A stretch of DNA of 64,000 nt from an uncultured Actinomycetes bacterium (GTDB taxonomy: Bacteria; Actinomycetota; UBA4738; HRBIN12): NCBI GenBank assembly GCA_963704725.1, contig OY969934.1, positions 2,145,040 through 2,209,039 of the forward strand, given 5' to 3'. How positions within the stretch are numbered: position 1 is the stretch's first letter; every line of letters starts with the position of its first letter. The notes below the pieces were generated by a model. It was not told the origin of the DNA and searched no databases. It saw only the letters and a program-made list of their open reading frames with translations. Positions 1-8,751 of this stretch are shown piece by piece. Both the position numbers and the translations under genes were made by a program.

Positions 1-355
1 TCCACACCGCTGAGCGGGCACGTGGGCGCCGGCTCCGCCGCGACCGGGTGATCGACGGGCAGCCCCACCTTGGACATCGCGCTGCGAACGAACGCGGGGG
101 CCTGCTGGGGGAACGCCGCGAAGTAGGCGAGCGTCCCGCCGGCGGCGAGCGTGGCGGTGGCGGCCGCGACCAGCACCTTGGCGCGACGGGAGACGGGACG
201 CCGACGAGCGGGCGAGTGGGAACCGGGCATGGGGGGGAACCTCCTGGAGCTGCGGGCATATGTGGGGGCGCGCGCGGCCCCACGGGGCCGGGCCCAGCGA
301 GCCTAGCGTCGGCGCGGGACCCGCTCAACGACCACGGCGCGATTCCCGCGCATCG

Positions 356-1261
356 TCACATCTCCTGCAGGCGACGGATCCGGTCCTGGATCGGCGGGTG
401 AGTGCTGAACAGCCGCTCCATCAACCCCGACTTCTCGCCGGGGAACCGGGAGGGCTGCTCCAGCCACAGGTGCGCCGTGGCGTTGTTCGCGGAGCGCATG
501 GCGTGCGGCGCGTCGCGGATCTTCTCGAGCGCGGCGACCAGGCCCGGGGGGTACCGCGTGAGCAGCGCGCCCTGGGCGTCGGCCAGGTACTCGCGCTGAC
601 GAGACACCGCGAGCTGGATCAGCTGCCCGAAGATCGGCGCGAGGATCAGCAGGACGAACCCGATCGCGAACACGACCGCCTCGGCCCCGCCACCGCCGCG
701 GTCGTTGCCACGGCGGCCGCCGAACCCTCCCCACCACAGGGAGCGGAGGAAGAACTCGGAGATCAGGACGGTGGCCCCGATCACCGTCGCCACGATGGTC
801 CCGTAGAGGATGTCGCGGTCGACGATGTGGGACATCTCGTGACCGATGACGCCCTCGAGCTCCACCCGGTTCATCGTGTCGAGCAGTCCCTTGGTCACGG
901 CGATGTGCGAGTGCTCGGGGTCGCGCCCCGTCGCGAACGCGTTCGGGGCCTGCTCCGGGACGACCCAGACGCGCGGCTTTGGGATCCCCGAGGCGATCGA
1001 CAGGCCCTCGACGATGTTGTGCAGGCGCGGCTCCTGCTCGGGCGTCACCTCCTTGGCCCGGGCCGACGCGAGGACGACCCGATCGCCGTACCGGTACGCC
1101 CCGAGCTGGAGCAGCAGGGCCACCCCGACCGCGATGAGCAGCCCCACGGGGCCGGTGCCGAGCCACAGGCCGATCGCGTACCCCACCGCTCCGAGCAGGA
1201 CGATGGCCAGGAACATCAACAGGAAGGTCCGGCGTCTGTTCGAGGCGATCTGCTCGTACAC
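356..1261 (-). CDS. htpX: Zinc metalloprotease HtpX (M48 family), membrane-anchored
   Basis: 301 aa. N-terminal TM helices, HEMSH zinc motif (HExxH), typical HtpX length and architecture. Confidence 0.9.
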   Translation of the reverse strand: MYEQIASNRRRTFLLMFLAIVLLGAVGYAIGLWLGTGPVGLLIAVGVALLLQLGAYRYGDRVVLASARAKEVTPEQEPRLHNIVEGLSIASGIPKPRVWVVPEQAPNAFATGRDPEHSHIAVTKGLLDTMNRVELEGVIGHEMSHIVDRDILYGTIVATVIGATVLISEFFLRSLWWGGFGGRRGNDRGGGGAEAVVFAIGFVLLILAPIFGQLIQLAVSRQREYLADAQGALLTRYPPGLVAALEKIRDAPHAMRSANNATAHLWLEQPSRFPGEKSGLMERLFSTHPPIQDRIRRLQEM

Positions 1262-1270
1262 GCGGATCCC

Positions 1271-1828
1271 CTAGGAGAAGTCGACCGTGGCCGGGCCGCG
1301 GGCGGGGTCGTCGATGTCGAAGAACTCGCGCGGCGTGAAACCGAACGTCTTCGCCAGGACGTTCGAGGGGAACGAGCCGATCAGTGTGTTCAGCAGCATG
1401 ACCTGGTCGTTGTAGAACTGCCGCGCGTACGCGATCTTCGACTCCGTCCCGGTGAGCTCCTCCTGCAGCGCCAGGAAGTTCTGGTTCGCCTTGAGGTCGG
1501 GGTAGGCCTCGGCCACGGCGAGCAGCCGGCCCAGGCCGGCGGTGATCTGGTTCTCGGCCTGCGCCTGGTCGGGCACGGCCGTCGCACCCATGGCCCGGGT
1601 GCGGGCCTCGGTCACGTTCTCGAACACCTCGCGCTCGTGCGCCGCGTAGCCCTGGACGGTCGTCACGAGGTTCGGGATCAGGTCGTACCGCCGGCGGAGC
1701 TGGACGTCGATCTGCGACCAGCCGTTGTCGACCCGGGTCCGCAGCGAGACGAGCCGGTTGAAGACGAGGATCGCCGCGACCAGCGCGATCGCGAGGATCC
1801 CCAGGACGACCCAGACCCAGACCGGCAC
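1271..1828 (-). CDS. lemA: LemA family membrane protein
   Basis: N-terminal TM helix followed by the LemA core (NRLVSLRTRVDNGWSQIDVQLRRRYDLIPNLV). GTG start at 1828 lies 11 nt after the pimA stop; the longer track ORF start is spurious. Confidence 0.8.
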   Translation of the reverse strand: MPVWVWVVLGILAIALVAAILVFNRLVSLRTRVDNGWSQIDVQLRRRYDLIPNLVTTVQGYAAHEREVFENVTEARTRAMGATAVPDQAQAENQITAGLGRLLAVAEAYPDLKANQNFLALQEELTGTESKIAYARQFYNDQVMLLNTLIGSFPSNVLAKTFGFTPREFFDIDDPARGPATVDFS

Positions 1829-1838
1829 GGCCGCGATA

Positions 1839-2936
1839 CTACGCGGCGACGCGCCGGTAGATGGCCTCGATCCGCGGCGCGACCACCTCCCACGAGTATT
1901 CCCGAGCCCGCTCGCGACCCGCCCGAACGAGCGACGAGGCCAGCTCCGGATCGCCGAGCACCCGGCGCAGGGCCGCCGCCAGCGCGGTGGGGTCCCGCGG
2001 CGGCACGAGGAGCCCGTCGACACCGTCGCGCACCACCTCGCGGTATCCGGGGATGTCGCTCGCCACGACGGGCACGCCGGCCGCCATCGCCTCCACCAGC
2101 ACGATCCCGAAGCTCTCCTGACCGACGGCCGGGGCCACGAACACGTCCGCGGCGGCGTGATAGGCGGGGAGGTCGTCGTTCGGCACCGCCCCGAGCATCA
2201 CCACGCGCGCTCGGTCCTGCTCCGAGAGCAGGCCGATCGCGTCCCGGTCCCGACCGTCGCCGGCAACCACGAGATAGACGTCGTCGAGCTCGGAGGCCAG
2301 CCGCGCGTACGCCCGGACCGCGACGGGGAACCCCTTCTGCGGGTCCAGGCGATGGGCCCACAGGATCCGTCGGCCGTCGGGCAGCCCGCCGGCGACGGAG
2401 GCCGGGTGCGCCCAGCGCTCGACGTCGGTGCCATTCGGGACGATCTCCATCTCCGTCCGGACGGCCCGCGCCGCGAAGCCCGCGGCCGCCTTCGACACCG
2501 CGATCGTCGCGCCGATGCGGCGGGAGACCGTCCGGAGCGCGGGCGCGGCCACCTCCATGAGCCGGGATCGCTCCGCGAAGGCGTGGAAGGTGGCGACCAG
2601 CGGCGCCGACGTGGCGAACGTGGCGAGCATCGAGGTGCTGGGCGACAGCGGCTCGTGGACGTGCACCACGTCCGGCTCGAACACGTCGATCAGCCCGCGG
2701 ATCTTGCGGAACGAGCGCCGCGAGAAGCAGATCGGGGCGACCGTGCCGCCGAAGGGCACGTCCACGGCGTGCCCCACGATCCGCACGGGAGGGGGGGCCG
2801 TCAGGGTCGACCGGGCCGGCGCCACCACGAGCACCTCGTGGCCCCGGCCCTCGAGCGCCCGCGCGAGCTGGCGGATGTGCACCTGGACCCCGCCCGGCAC
2901 GTCCCAGGCGTAGGGGCAGGACAGGACGACCTTCAC
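1839..2936 (-). CDS. pimA: GT4 glycosyltransferase, phosphatidylinositol alpha-mannosyltransferase PimA-like
   Basis: GT4 fold; N-terminus VKVVLSCPYAWDVPGGVQVHIRQLARALEGRGHEV. GTG start at 2936 overlaps the patA stop. Synteny with pgsA1 and patA as in Mycobacterium. Confidence 0.85.
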   Translation of the reverse strand: MKVVLSCPYAWDVPGGVQVHIRQLARALEGRGHEVLVVAPARSTLTAPPPVRIVGHAVDVPFGGTVAPICFSRRSFRKIRGLIDVFEPDVVHVHEPLSPSTSMLATFATSAPLVATFHAFAERSRLMEVAAPALRTVSRRIGATIAVSKAAAGFAARAVRTEMEIVPNGTDVERWAHPASVAGGLPDGRRILWAHRLDPQKGFPVAVRAYARLASELDDVYLVVAGDGRDRDAIGLLSEQDRARVVMLGAVPNDDLPAYHAAADVFVAPAVGQESFGIVLVEAMAAGVPVVASDIPGYREVVRDGVDGLLVPPRDPTALAAALRRVLGDPELASSLVRAGRERAREYSWEVVAPRIEAIYRRVAA

Positions 2937-3838
2937 GGCTCGGCCGGGGCCCAGCCCGGCTGGAACAGATGCCAGTCGGGGGGCCTGGCGGCGATGGCGC
3001 GCTCGAACTCCGCCGCCATCAACCGCGACAGCGCCGCAACGTCGGCCCTCGTGTCGCCGGTGCGCTCGCTCTCCAGGGGCGCGCCGATCTGGATCCGCCA
3101 CCCCTGCGGCAGCGTGTAGACGGGACACACGAGGATCGGCGCCCCGCTCGTCAACGAGAGGAGGGCCGGACCGGCGGGGATCCGGCGGGTGGCGCCGAAC
3201 ATCTCGACCTCGACGCCCCGCCCCGTGAGATCGCGGTCGGCGACGAGGGCGACGATCCAGTTCTCGGACAGGAGCTGCTTCAGCTGCTGCCCCACGTGAC
3301 CGTTCTTCGTGAGCGGGATGATCCGCATCCCAAGCTCCTCCCGATGGCGCAGGAAGAGCTCGGACAGGCGCGCCGGCCTGAGCTCCTCGGCCACCGAGGC
3401 GAGCGGGTAGCCGTTCGCGGCGAGGTAGTGCCCGGCCAGGTCCCAGTTCCCCATGTGCGGGAGGACGCAGATGCAGCCGCTCCCCTTCTCGAGGGCGGCA
3501 TCGATGCGATCGACGTCCCGCATGTCGACGCGGGCGTTCACCACCTCGACCGGAAGGGCGCGCAGCCGGAAGGTGTCGTACCAGTAGCGGGCGTACAGGT
3601 CGAACGCCTCGCGCGCCGACAGCCCGACGCGGTCGTCGGCTGGATCGAGGCCGAGCACGCGGGCCTGGTTGGCCACGACGGTCGCCCGCACGCCGTGGAG
3701 TCGTCGATGCGCCAGACCGCCGAACGCCGAGAAGATCCGGCGGCCCAGGCGCTCGGGCAGCGACATCGCGACCGACTCGAGCGTCCGGTAGGCCCAGTAC
3801 GCCGCCGTCTCCTTCGCGCTCTCGCCCCGCCGGGTCAC
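2933..3838 (-). CDS. patA: Phosphatidylinositol mannoside acyltransferase (lauroyl/myristoyl acyltransferase family)
   Basis: HtrB/LpxL-like acyltransferase resembling Mtb Rv2611c. GTG start at 3838 overlaps the pgsA stop as GTGA; stop overlaps the pimA start. Confidence 0.8.
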   Translation of the reverse strand: MTRRGESAKETAAYWAYRTLESVAMSLPERLGRRIFSAFGGLAHRRLHGVRATVVANQARVLGLDPADDRVGLSAREAFDLYARYWYDTFRLRALPVEVVNARVDMRDVDRIDAALEKGSGCICVLPHMGNWDLAGHYLAANGYPLASVAEELRPARLSELFLRHREELGMRIIPLTKNGHVGQQLKQLLSENWIVALVADRDLTGRGVEVEMFGATRRIPAGPALLSLTSGAPILVCPVYTLPQGWRIQIGAPLESERTGDTRADVAALSRLMAAEFERAIAARPPDWHLFQPGWAPAEP

Positions 3839-4362
3839 AGCCGCTCTTCCTTCGCCACCTGGCTCGCCCGGACCACCGCGGCCAGGAGCATCAACCCCGC
3901 CACGACCCAGATGGCCCATCGCGTCCAGCCGAAGATGAGCGCGAGCGAGACCAGGCCGTACCGGAGCACCGGCGTGACCACGCCCTCCTCGATGCCGTAG
4001 CCGAGCGAGCCGCCCCGCGCCCGGATGTAGGAGGCTACGTATCCGGCCGCCAGCGCGACGAGTGCCGCGGCCGCCACGGAGGCGTTCGCCGAGCGCGTCG
4101 TCCACGCGAGTGCAGCGAGGATGCAGCCGTCGAACGCTCGGTCGGCGAAGGACAGCACCACCCGCGCCCTGCGGTCGTCCGAGCGCAGCAGGACCCCGCC
4201 CAGGACCAGGCATGCCCCCGCCACGAGCGCGGCCCAACCGGCCCGCTCCCGCTCCCGCTCGAGCAGCTGCCACGTCGCGAGGCCGATGCCGGCGGCCGCG
4301 AGCAGGCACAGGACGGGCACGGCGGCGCGCTCGCGAACCTGCCCCCGCACGCTCGCGTCCAT
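3835..4362 (-). CDS. pgsA: CDP-alcohol phosphatidyltransferase (phosphatidylinositol phosphate synthase PgsA1-like)
   Basis: Polytopic membrane protein of the CDP-alcohol phosphatidyltransferase family. Start taken at MDASVRGQ (4362); the upstream part of the track ORF is Arg-rich junk. Confidence 0.8.
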   Translation of the reverse strand: MDASVRGQVRERAAVPVLCLLAAAGIGLATWQLLERERERAGWAALVAGACLVLGGVLLRSDDRRARVVLSFADRAFDGCILAALAWTTRSANASVAAAALVALAAGYVASYIRARGGSLGYGIEEGVVTPVLRYGLVSLALIFGWTRWAIWVVAGLMLLAAVVRASQVAKEERL

Positions 4363-4490
4363 ACCGCGGGCGAGCCTACCATCGGCCCCTTTCGGCCCCG
4401 CCCGAGGGGTCCGACGCGCCCGGAAGTGGGCTCCGGCCGCCGCGGTAGGATGCCCCGAACGTCCACTCGAGAACATCCGCTGGGAGACGC

Positions 4491-6581
4491 ATGAAGACCT
4501 ACGAAGCGAACGAGATCCGAAACGTCCTGTTGGTCGGCCACGGCGGCGCCGGGAAGACGACCCTGCTCGAGGCCATGCTGTTCGCCTCCGGCGCGCTGAC
4601 GCGGATGGGCAAGGTCGAAGACGGCAACACGGCAAGCGACTTCGAGCCCGAGGAGACGAAGAAGGGCATCAGCGTCTCCCTGGCGATGGCCCCGGTGGAG
4701 TGGAACGGGGTCAAGATCAACGTCCTCGACGCCCCGGGCTACGCCGACTTCGTCGGCGACGTGCGCTCCGCCATCCGGGCGGTCGACGCCGTCCTGCTGG
4801 TGGTCTCGGCGGTCGACGGGGTCGAGGTCCAGACCGAGGTGGGCTGGGAGCTCGCCGTCGAGGCCGGCCTGCCGCGAGCGATCCTCATCAACAAGCTCGA
4901 TCGCGAGCGGGCGTCGTTCGAGCGCACGCTGGACGAGCTCGTGCGCGCGTTCGGGACCCAGGTCGCTCCGCTCGAGCTGCCCCTGGGCGAGGAGCACGAC
5001 TTCGAGGGCGTGGCCGACCTGCTCGGGCGCAAGGCCTACCGCTACGACGGGAGCGCGGCGGCCATCGAAGGCGAGTGGCCCGACGACCTCTCCGGCAAGG
5101 CCGACCCCTATCGGGAGAAGCTGATGGAGGCCGTCGCCGAGTCCGACGACACGCTGATCGAGAAGTACCTGGAGGAGGGCGAGCTCTCCGAGGACGAGGT
5201 CGTCCACGGCGTCAAGAAGGGGTTCGCCGAGGCGCGCATCGCCCCGGTGCTCTGTGCGGCGGCGGCCAGGCCGATCGGCGTGGACCGCATCCTCCAGTTC
5301 ATCGCCGACGAGTTTCCCTCCCCCGCCGATCGCGGCCCGGTGGCGGTGACCACCAAGGCCGGTGAGGAGAAGCAGCGGGCCTGCGATCCCGCTCAGCCCC
5401 TCACGGCCTACGTGTTCAAGACCGTCTCCGACCCCTACGTCGGCCACATCACGATGTTCCGGGTGTTCTCGGGCAAGATGCGTCCGGATTCGACGCTCTA
5501 CAACGCCACGAAGGCGACGGAGGAGCGCATCGGGCAGCTCTTCGCGCTCCGCGGCAAGGAGCACGAATCGGTCTCCGAGATCTCGGCCGGCGACATCGGC
5601 GCGGTGGCCAAGCTCGGCCACACCACCACGGGCGACACGTTCTCGACCAAGGACGATCCGGTGACGGTCGCCGCCTCCGAGATGCCCGAGCCGCTGCTCG
5701 CCTTCGCCATCACCCCGAAGACCAAGGGCGACGAGGAGAAGCTCTCGACGGCTCTGGCGCGCCTGCGCGAGGAGGATCCGACGCTGCGGATCGAGCGCTC
5801 CGACGAGACGCACGAGACCGTGATGTACGGGATGGGCGAGGCCCACCTCGACGTCCAGATCGAGCGGATGAAGCGCAAGTTCGGCGTCGAGGTCTCGACC
5901 GCGCCGGCCAAGATCGCCTACCGCGAGACGATCCGGGGGCCGGGCAAGGGCCTCGGCCGCCACGTGAAGCAGACCGGGGGCCACGGCCAGTACGCGATCT
6001 GCAACATCGAGATCGAGCCGCTCCCCCGGGGCGAGGGGTTCGAGTTCGTCGACAAGATCTTCGGCGGCGCCATCCCCAACCAGTTCATCGCCTCGGTCGA
6101 GAAGGGCGTCGTCAAGACGATGCAGACGGGCGTGATGAGCGGGAACCCCATGGTCGACATCCGCTGCACGCTGGTGGACGGGAAGTTCCACACGGTGGAC
6201 TCGTCGGACATGGCGTTCCAGCTCGCCGGCTCGCTCGCGCTCAAGGAGGCCTCGTCGGCGGCGGGCGTCGTCCTGCTCGAGCCGATCGTCGAGCTCGACG
6301 TCGTGGTCCCCGAGTCCTACACAGGCGACATCATGGGTGACCTGAACTCCAAGCGGGCCAAGATCCAGGGCATGGAGTCGGCCGGCGCGGGGAAGCAGCG
6401 TGTGAAGGCGCTCGTCCCACAGGCCGAGGTGGCCCGGTACGCCATCGATCTCCGCTCGATGACCGGGGGCCGCGGGGCGTTCTCGATGCGCTTCTCGCAC
6501 TACGAGGAGGTCCCGTCACACCTCGCCGAGAAGATCATCGCCGAGGCCCAGCGCGAGAAGGAAGAGGCCCAGAAGAAGTAG
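4491..6581 (+). CDS. fusA2: Elongation factor G paralog (EF-G2 / fusA2-like translational GTPase)
   Basis: 696 aa. G1 motif VGHGGAGKTT, DAPGYADF, then EF-G domains II-V. Collinear with mycobacterial FusA2 (Rv0120c-like), not the canonical fusA. Confidence 0.85.
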   Translation: MKTYEANEIRNVLLVGHGGAGKTTLLEAMLFASGALTRMGKVEDGNTASDFEPEETKKGISVSLAMAPVEWNGVKINVLDAPGYADFVGDVRSAIRAVDAVLLVVSAVDGVEVQTEVGWELAVEAGLPRAILINKLDRERASFERTLDELVRAFGTQVAPLELPLGEEHDFEGVADLLGRKAYRYDGSAAAIEGEWPDDLSGKADPYREKLMEAVAESDDTLIEKYLEEGELSEDEVVHGVKKGFAEARIAPVLCAAAARPIGVDRILQFIADEFPSPADRGPVAVTTKAGEEKQRACDPAQPLTAYVFKTVSDPYVGHITMFRVFSGKMRPDSTLYNATKATEERIGQLFALRGKEHESVSEISAGDIGAVAKLGHTTTGDTFSTKDDPVTVAASEMPEPLLAFAITPKTKGDEEKLSTALARLREEDPTLRIERSDETHETVMYGMGEAHLDVQIERMKRKFGVEVSTAPAKIAYRETIRGPGKGLGRHVKQTGGHGQYAICNIEIEPLPRGEGFEFVDKIFGGAIPNQFIASVEKGVVKTMQTGVMSGNPMVDIRCTLVDGKFHTVDSSDMAFQLAGSLALKEASSAAGVVLLEPIVELDVVVPESYTGDIMGDLNSKRAKIQGMESAGAGKQRVKALVPQAEVARYAIDLRSMTGGRGAFSMRFSHYEEVPSHLAEKIIAEAQREKEEAQKK

Positions 6582-6587
6582 CTCGGG

Positions 6588-7409
6588 CTACGCGAACACC
6601 TCGCGGAGGAACGCCAGCACGACGTCGTTGAACTCCGCGGGCTTGCGCATGTTCACGACATGGTCGACGTCGGGGATCTGCACCAGCCGCGCGTTCGGGA
6701 TGCGTTCGGCGAGCTCCCGTCCGAGGCGCGGCGTCCACGGCGGGTCGTGGTCCGCGGGGAGCACGAGCGTCGGCGCCGTCACCTCCTCCAGTCGCTCGAT
6801 CGCCGGCGGATCGAGGGCCCGCGCCTCGCGCTCGTCCATCGTGAGCGTCTGCAGGTTGTCCATCGCGATCTCTCGGATGCGCGAGCCAGCTGGGTCGTCG
6901 GTCCCGAGGGTCGCCCAGAACGACGCGAGCGCGAGATCCATCGCCTGCTCGAGCCGCCCGGCCGAGATCGCGGCCTCGATCGGCGCCCAACGCTCGGCGA
7001 ACCACGCCTCCTCCTCCGGCGTCCCCTCGTCGGCGCCGCTCACCGCCGACGCCACGAGGACGAGGGCGGACACGCGGTCGGGATGTGCGAGCGCGACGTC
7101 CAGGGAGGTCCCCCCTCCCATCGAGCCGCCGACGACTGCGGCGCGCTCGACGCCGGCCGCATCCATCACGGCGAGGAGGTCGTCGACGTGCGAGTACGGA
7201 CGCCCGGGCTCGGGCCTGCTCGAGCGGCCGCAGCCCCGGGCGTCGTGGCGCAGCACGCGGTAGGACCGCGAGAACGGCTCGAACTGGTCGTCCCAGGTTC
7301 GCCGGTCCCACAGCCCCGGGTGCACGAACGCGACGGCATCGCCGTCTCCGGCCACGTCGTACTCGAGACGGGCGCCGTCGAACTCCACGACATCGGTGCG
7401 GGGGGTCAC
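6588..7409 (-). CDS. Alpha/beta-fold hydrolase (catalytic triad intact)
   Basis: 273 aa. Nucleophile elbow VVGGSMGGG (GxSxG), acid in LPADHDPP, catalytic His in DVDHVVN. Confidence 0.8.
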   Translation of the reverse strand: MTPRTDVVEFDGARLEYDVAGDGDAVAFVHPGLWDRRTWDDQFEPFSRSYRVLRHDARGCGRSSRPEPGRPYSHVDDLLAVMDAAGVERAAVVGGSMGGGTSLDVALAHPDRVSALVLVASAVSGADEGTPEEEAWFAERWAPIEAAISAGRLEQAMDLALASFWATLGTDDPAGSRIREIAMDNLQTLTMDEREARALDPPAIERLEEVTAPTLVLPADHDPPWTPRLGRELAERIPNARLVQIPDVDHVVNMRKPAEFNDVVLAFLREVFA

Positions 7410-7419
7410 CCGCCGAGTC

Positions 7420-8211
7420 TCACATGCGGAACGAGAGGAAGTCGAGGAGGACCTGGTTGAAGCGATCGGGCCTGCGCACGTTCACGAGCTGGTCCGCGTC
7501 GGCGATGACGCGCTTGAGCGCGCCGGGGATCGCGGAGGCCATGAGGTCGGCGATGGCGTGCGTCTCCTTCAGGTCCTCGTCGCCGACGACGATGAGCGTC
7601 GCGGCGTCCACCTCGCGCAGGCGCATGACGGCGGGAGGTGGCGGCAGGACCAGCGAGTCGTCCATCGTGAGCACCTGGACGTTGTCCATCGCGATCTCCC
7701 GGACGGCGCCGTTCGTGGACGGATCCCGGGCCGAAAGCGGCGCCCATACGGCGAGCTCCATCTCCATCGCGCGGAGCGGATCGCCCTCGCGAACGGCCCG
7801 GCCCACCTCGTCGAGCAGGATCTGGAGACCGGGGTCGCTCCATCGGTATCCCGACAGCGCCGGCGCGACCGCGACGATCGCGTCCGCGAGCTCCGGGTAC
7901 TCCAGCGCGAAGTCCAGGGCCAGCCTGGCGCCGGTGCCGCACCCCACCACCGCGCATCGGCCGATCTCCAGGACCTCGAGGAGCCGGCGGAGGTCGTCGA
8001 GGTCCGAGTACCGGCTGACCGGCTCGTCGGAGCGGCCGTGGCCGCGGAGGTCGTAGCGGACGACGTCGTGGTACCGGGCGAACTCGGCGAACTGGCCGTC
8101 CCAGATCCGGGCGTCCCACAGGTCCGGGTGCACGAGCACGACGGGGAAGCCCTCGCCCTCCCGCTCGTACCACAGGCGCCCGTCGCCCAGCTGCGCGGTG
8201 TTCGATCCCAC
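7420..8211 (-). CDS. Alpha/beta-fold hydrolase paralog, predicted catalytically inactive (Ser to Gly and His to Gln)
   Basis: 263 aa tandem paralog of 6588-7409. The aligned elbow reads VVGCGTGAR (nucleophile Ser replaced by Gly) and the His position reads DADQLVN (His replaced by Gln). Confidence 0.75.
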   Translation of the reverse strand: MGSNTAQLGDGRLWYEREGEGFPVVLVHPDLWDARIWDGQFAEFARYHDVVRYDLRGHGRSDEPVSRYSDLDDLRRLLEVLEIGRCAVVGCGTGARLALDFALEYPELADAIVAVAPALSGYRWSDPGLQILLDEVGRAVREGDPLRAMEMELAVWAPLSARDPSTNGAVREIAMDNVQVLTMDDSLVLPPPPAVMRLREVDAATLIVVGDEDLKETHAIADLMASAIPGALKRVIADADQLVNVRRPDRFNQVLLDFLSFRM

Positions 8212-8214
8212 GCC

Positions 8215-8706
8215 TCAGGTTTCGTCGAACCGGGGGCGAAGCTTGAGGTACGTCTCCTGGAGGAGCTCGGGAAGGACCCGGGTCCGTCCGACCACGGGCA
8301 TGAAGTTCGTGTCACCCCCCCAACGGGGGACGACGTGCCAGTGGAGATGCTCGGGGATGCCGGCCCCCGCCGCCCGCCCCAGGTTCAGCCCCACGTTGAA
8401 CCCGTGCGGCTCCGAGGTCTCGCGCAGCGCCCGGAGCGACCGCCGGAGCATCCGGCCGATCGCGGCGTCCTCCTCCTCGGTGAGCTCCTCGGGGTCGCCG
8501 GTGTGGCGGATCGGCAGGATCAGCAGGTGACCGGGGTTGTACGGGTACTTGGCCAAGGTGACGAACGCCAGCTCTTCGCGCGCCAGGACCCGGTCGCCGT
8601 CGGGGTCGCCCCGCTCGAGCAGCCCGCAGAACGCGCACCCCTCGGCCTCGCGGTCATGGGCGGCCTCGATGTACTCCATCCGCCACGGCGACCACAGCCG
8701 ATCCAC
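8215..8706 (-). CDS. HIT family protein (Ap4A phosphorylase/hydrolase-like)
   Basis: 163 aa. Histidine triad HLHWHVVPR; position next to thrS as for Mtb Rv2613c. Confidence 0.85.
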   Translation of the reverse strand: MDRLWSPWRMEYIEAAHDREAEGCAFCGLLERGDPDGDRVLAREELAFVTLAKYPYNPGHLLILPIRHTGDPEELTEEEDAAIGRMLRRSLRALRETSEPHGFNVGLNLGRAAGAGIPEHLHWHVVPRWGGDTNFMPVVGRTRVLPELLQETYLKLRPRFDET

Positions 8707-8751
8707 GCTAGCCGCTTCCGCGGGGGGCTTCCGCTCGTCCGTCGTCTCGCT

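Noticed and set aside
260-2560. 766-aa plus-strand ORF, Arg/Pro/Gly-rich
   Set aside because: Antisense to htpX, lemA and pimA. Low-complexity composition is typical of out-of-frame reading in >70 % GC DNA. No domain signal and no GC3 pattern.
4035-6500. 821-aa minus-strand ORF
   Set aside because: Antisense to the fusA2-like gene, which has unambiguous homology. The frame is Arg/Gly/Asp-rich junk.
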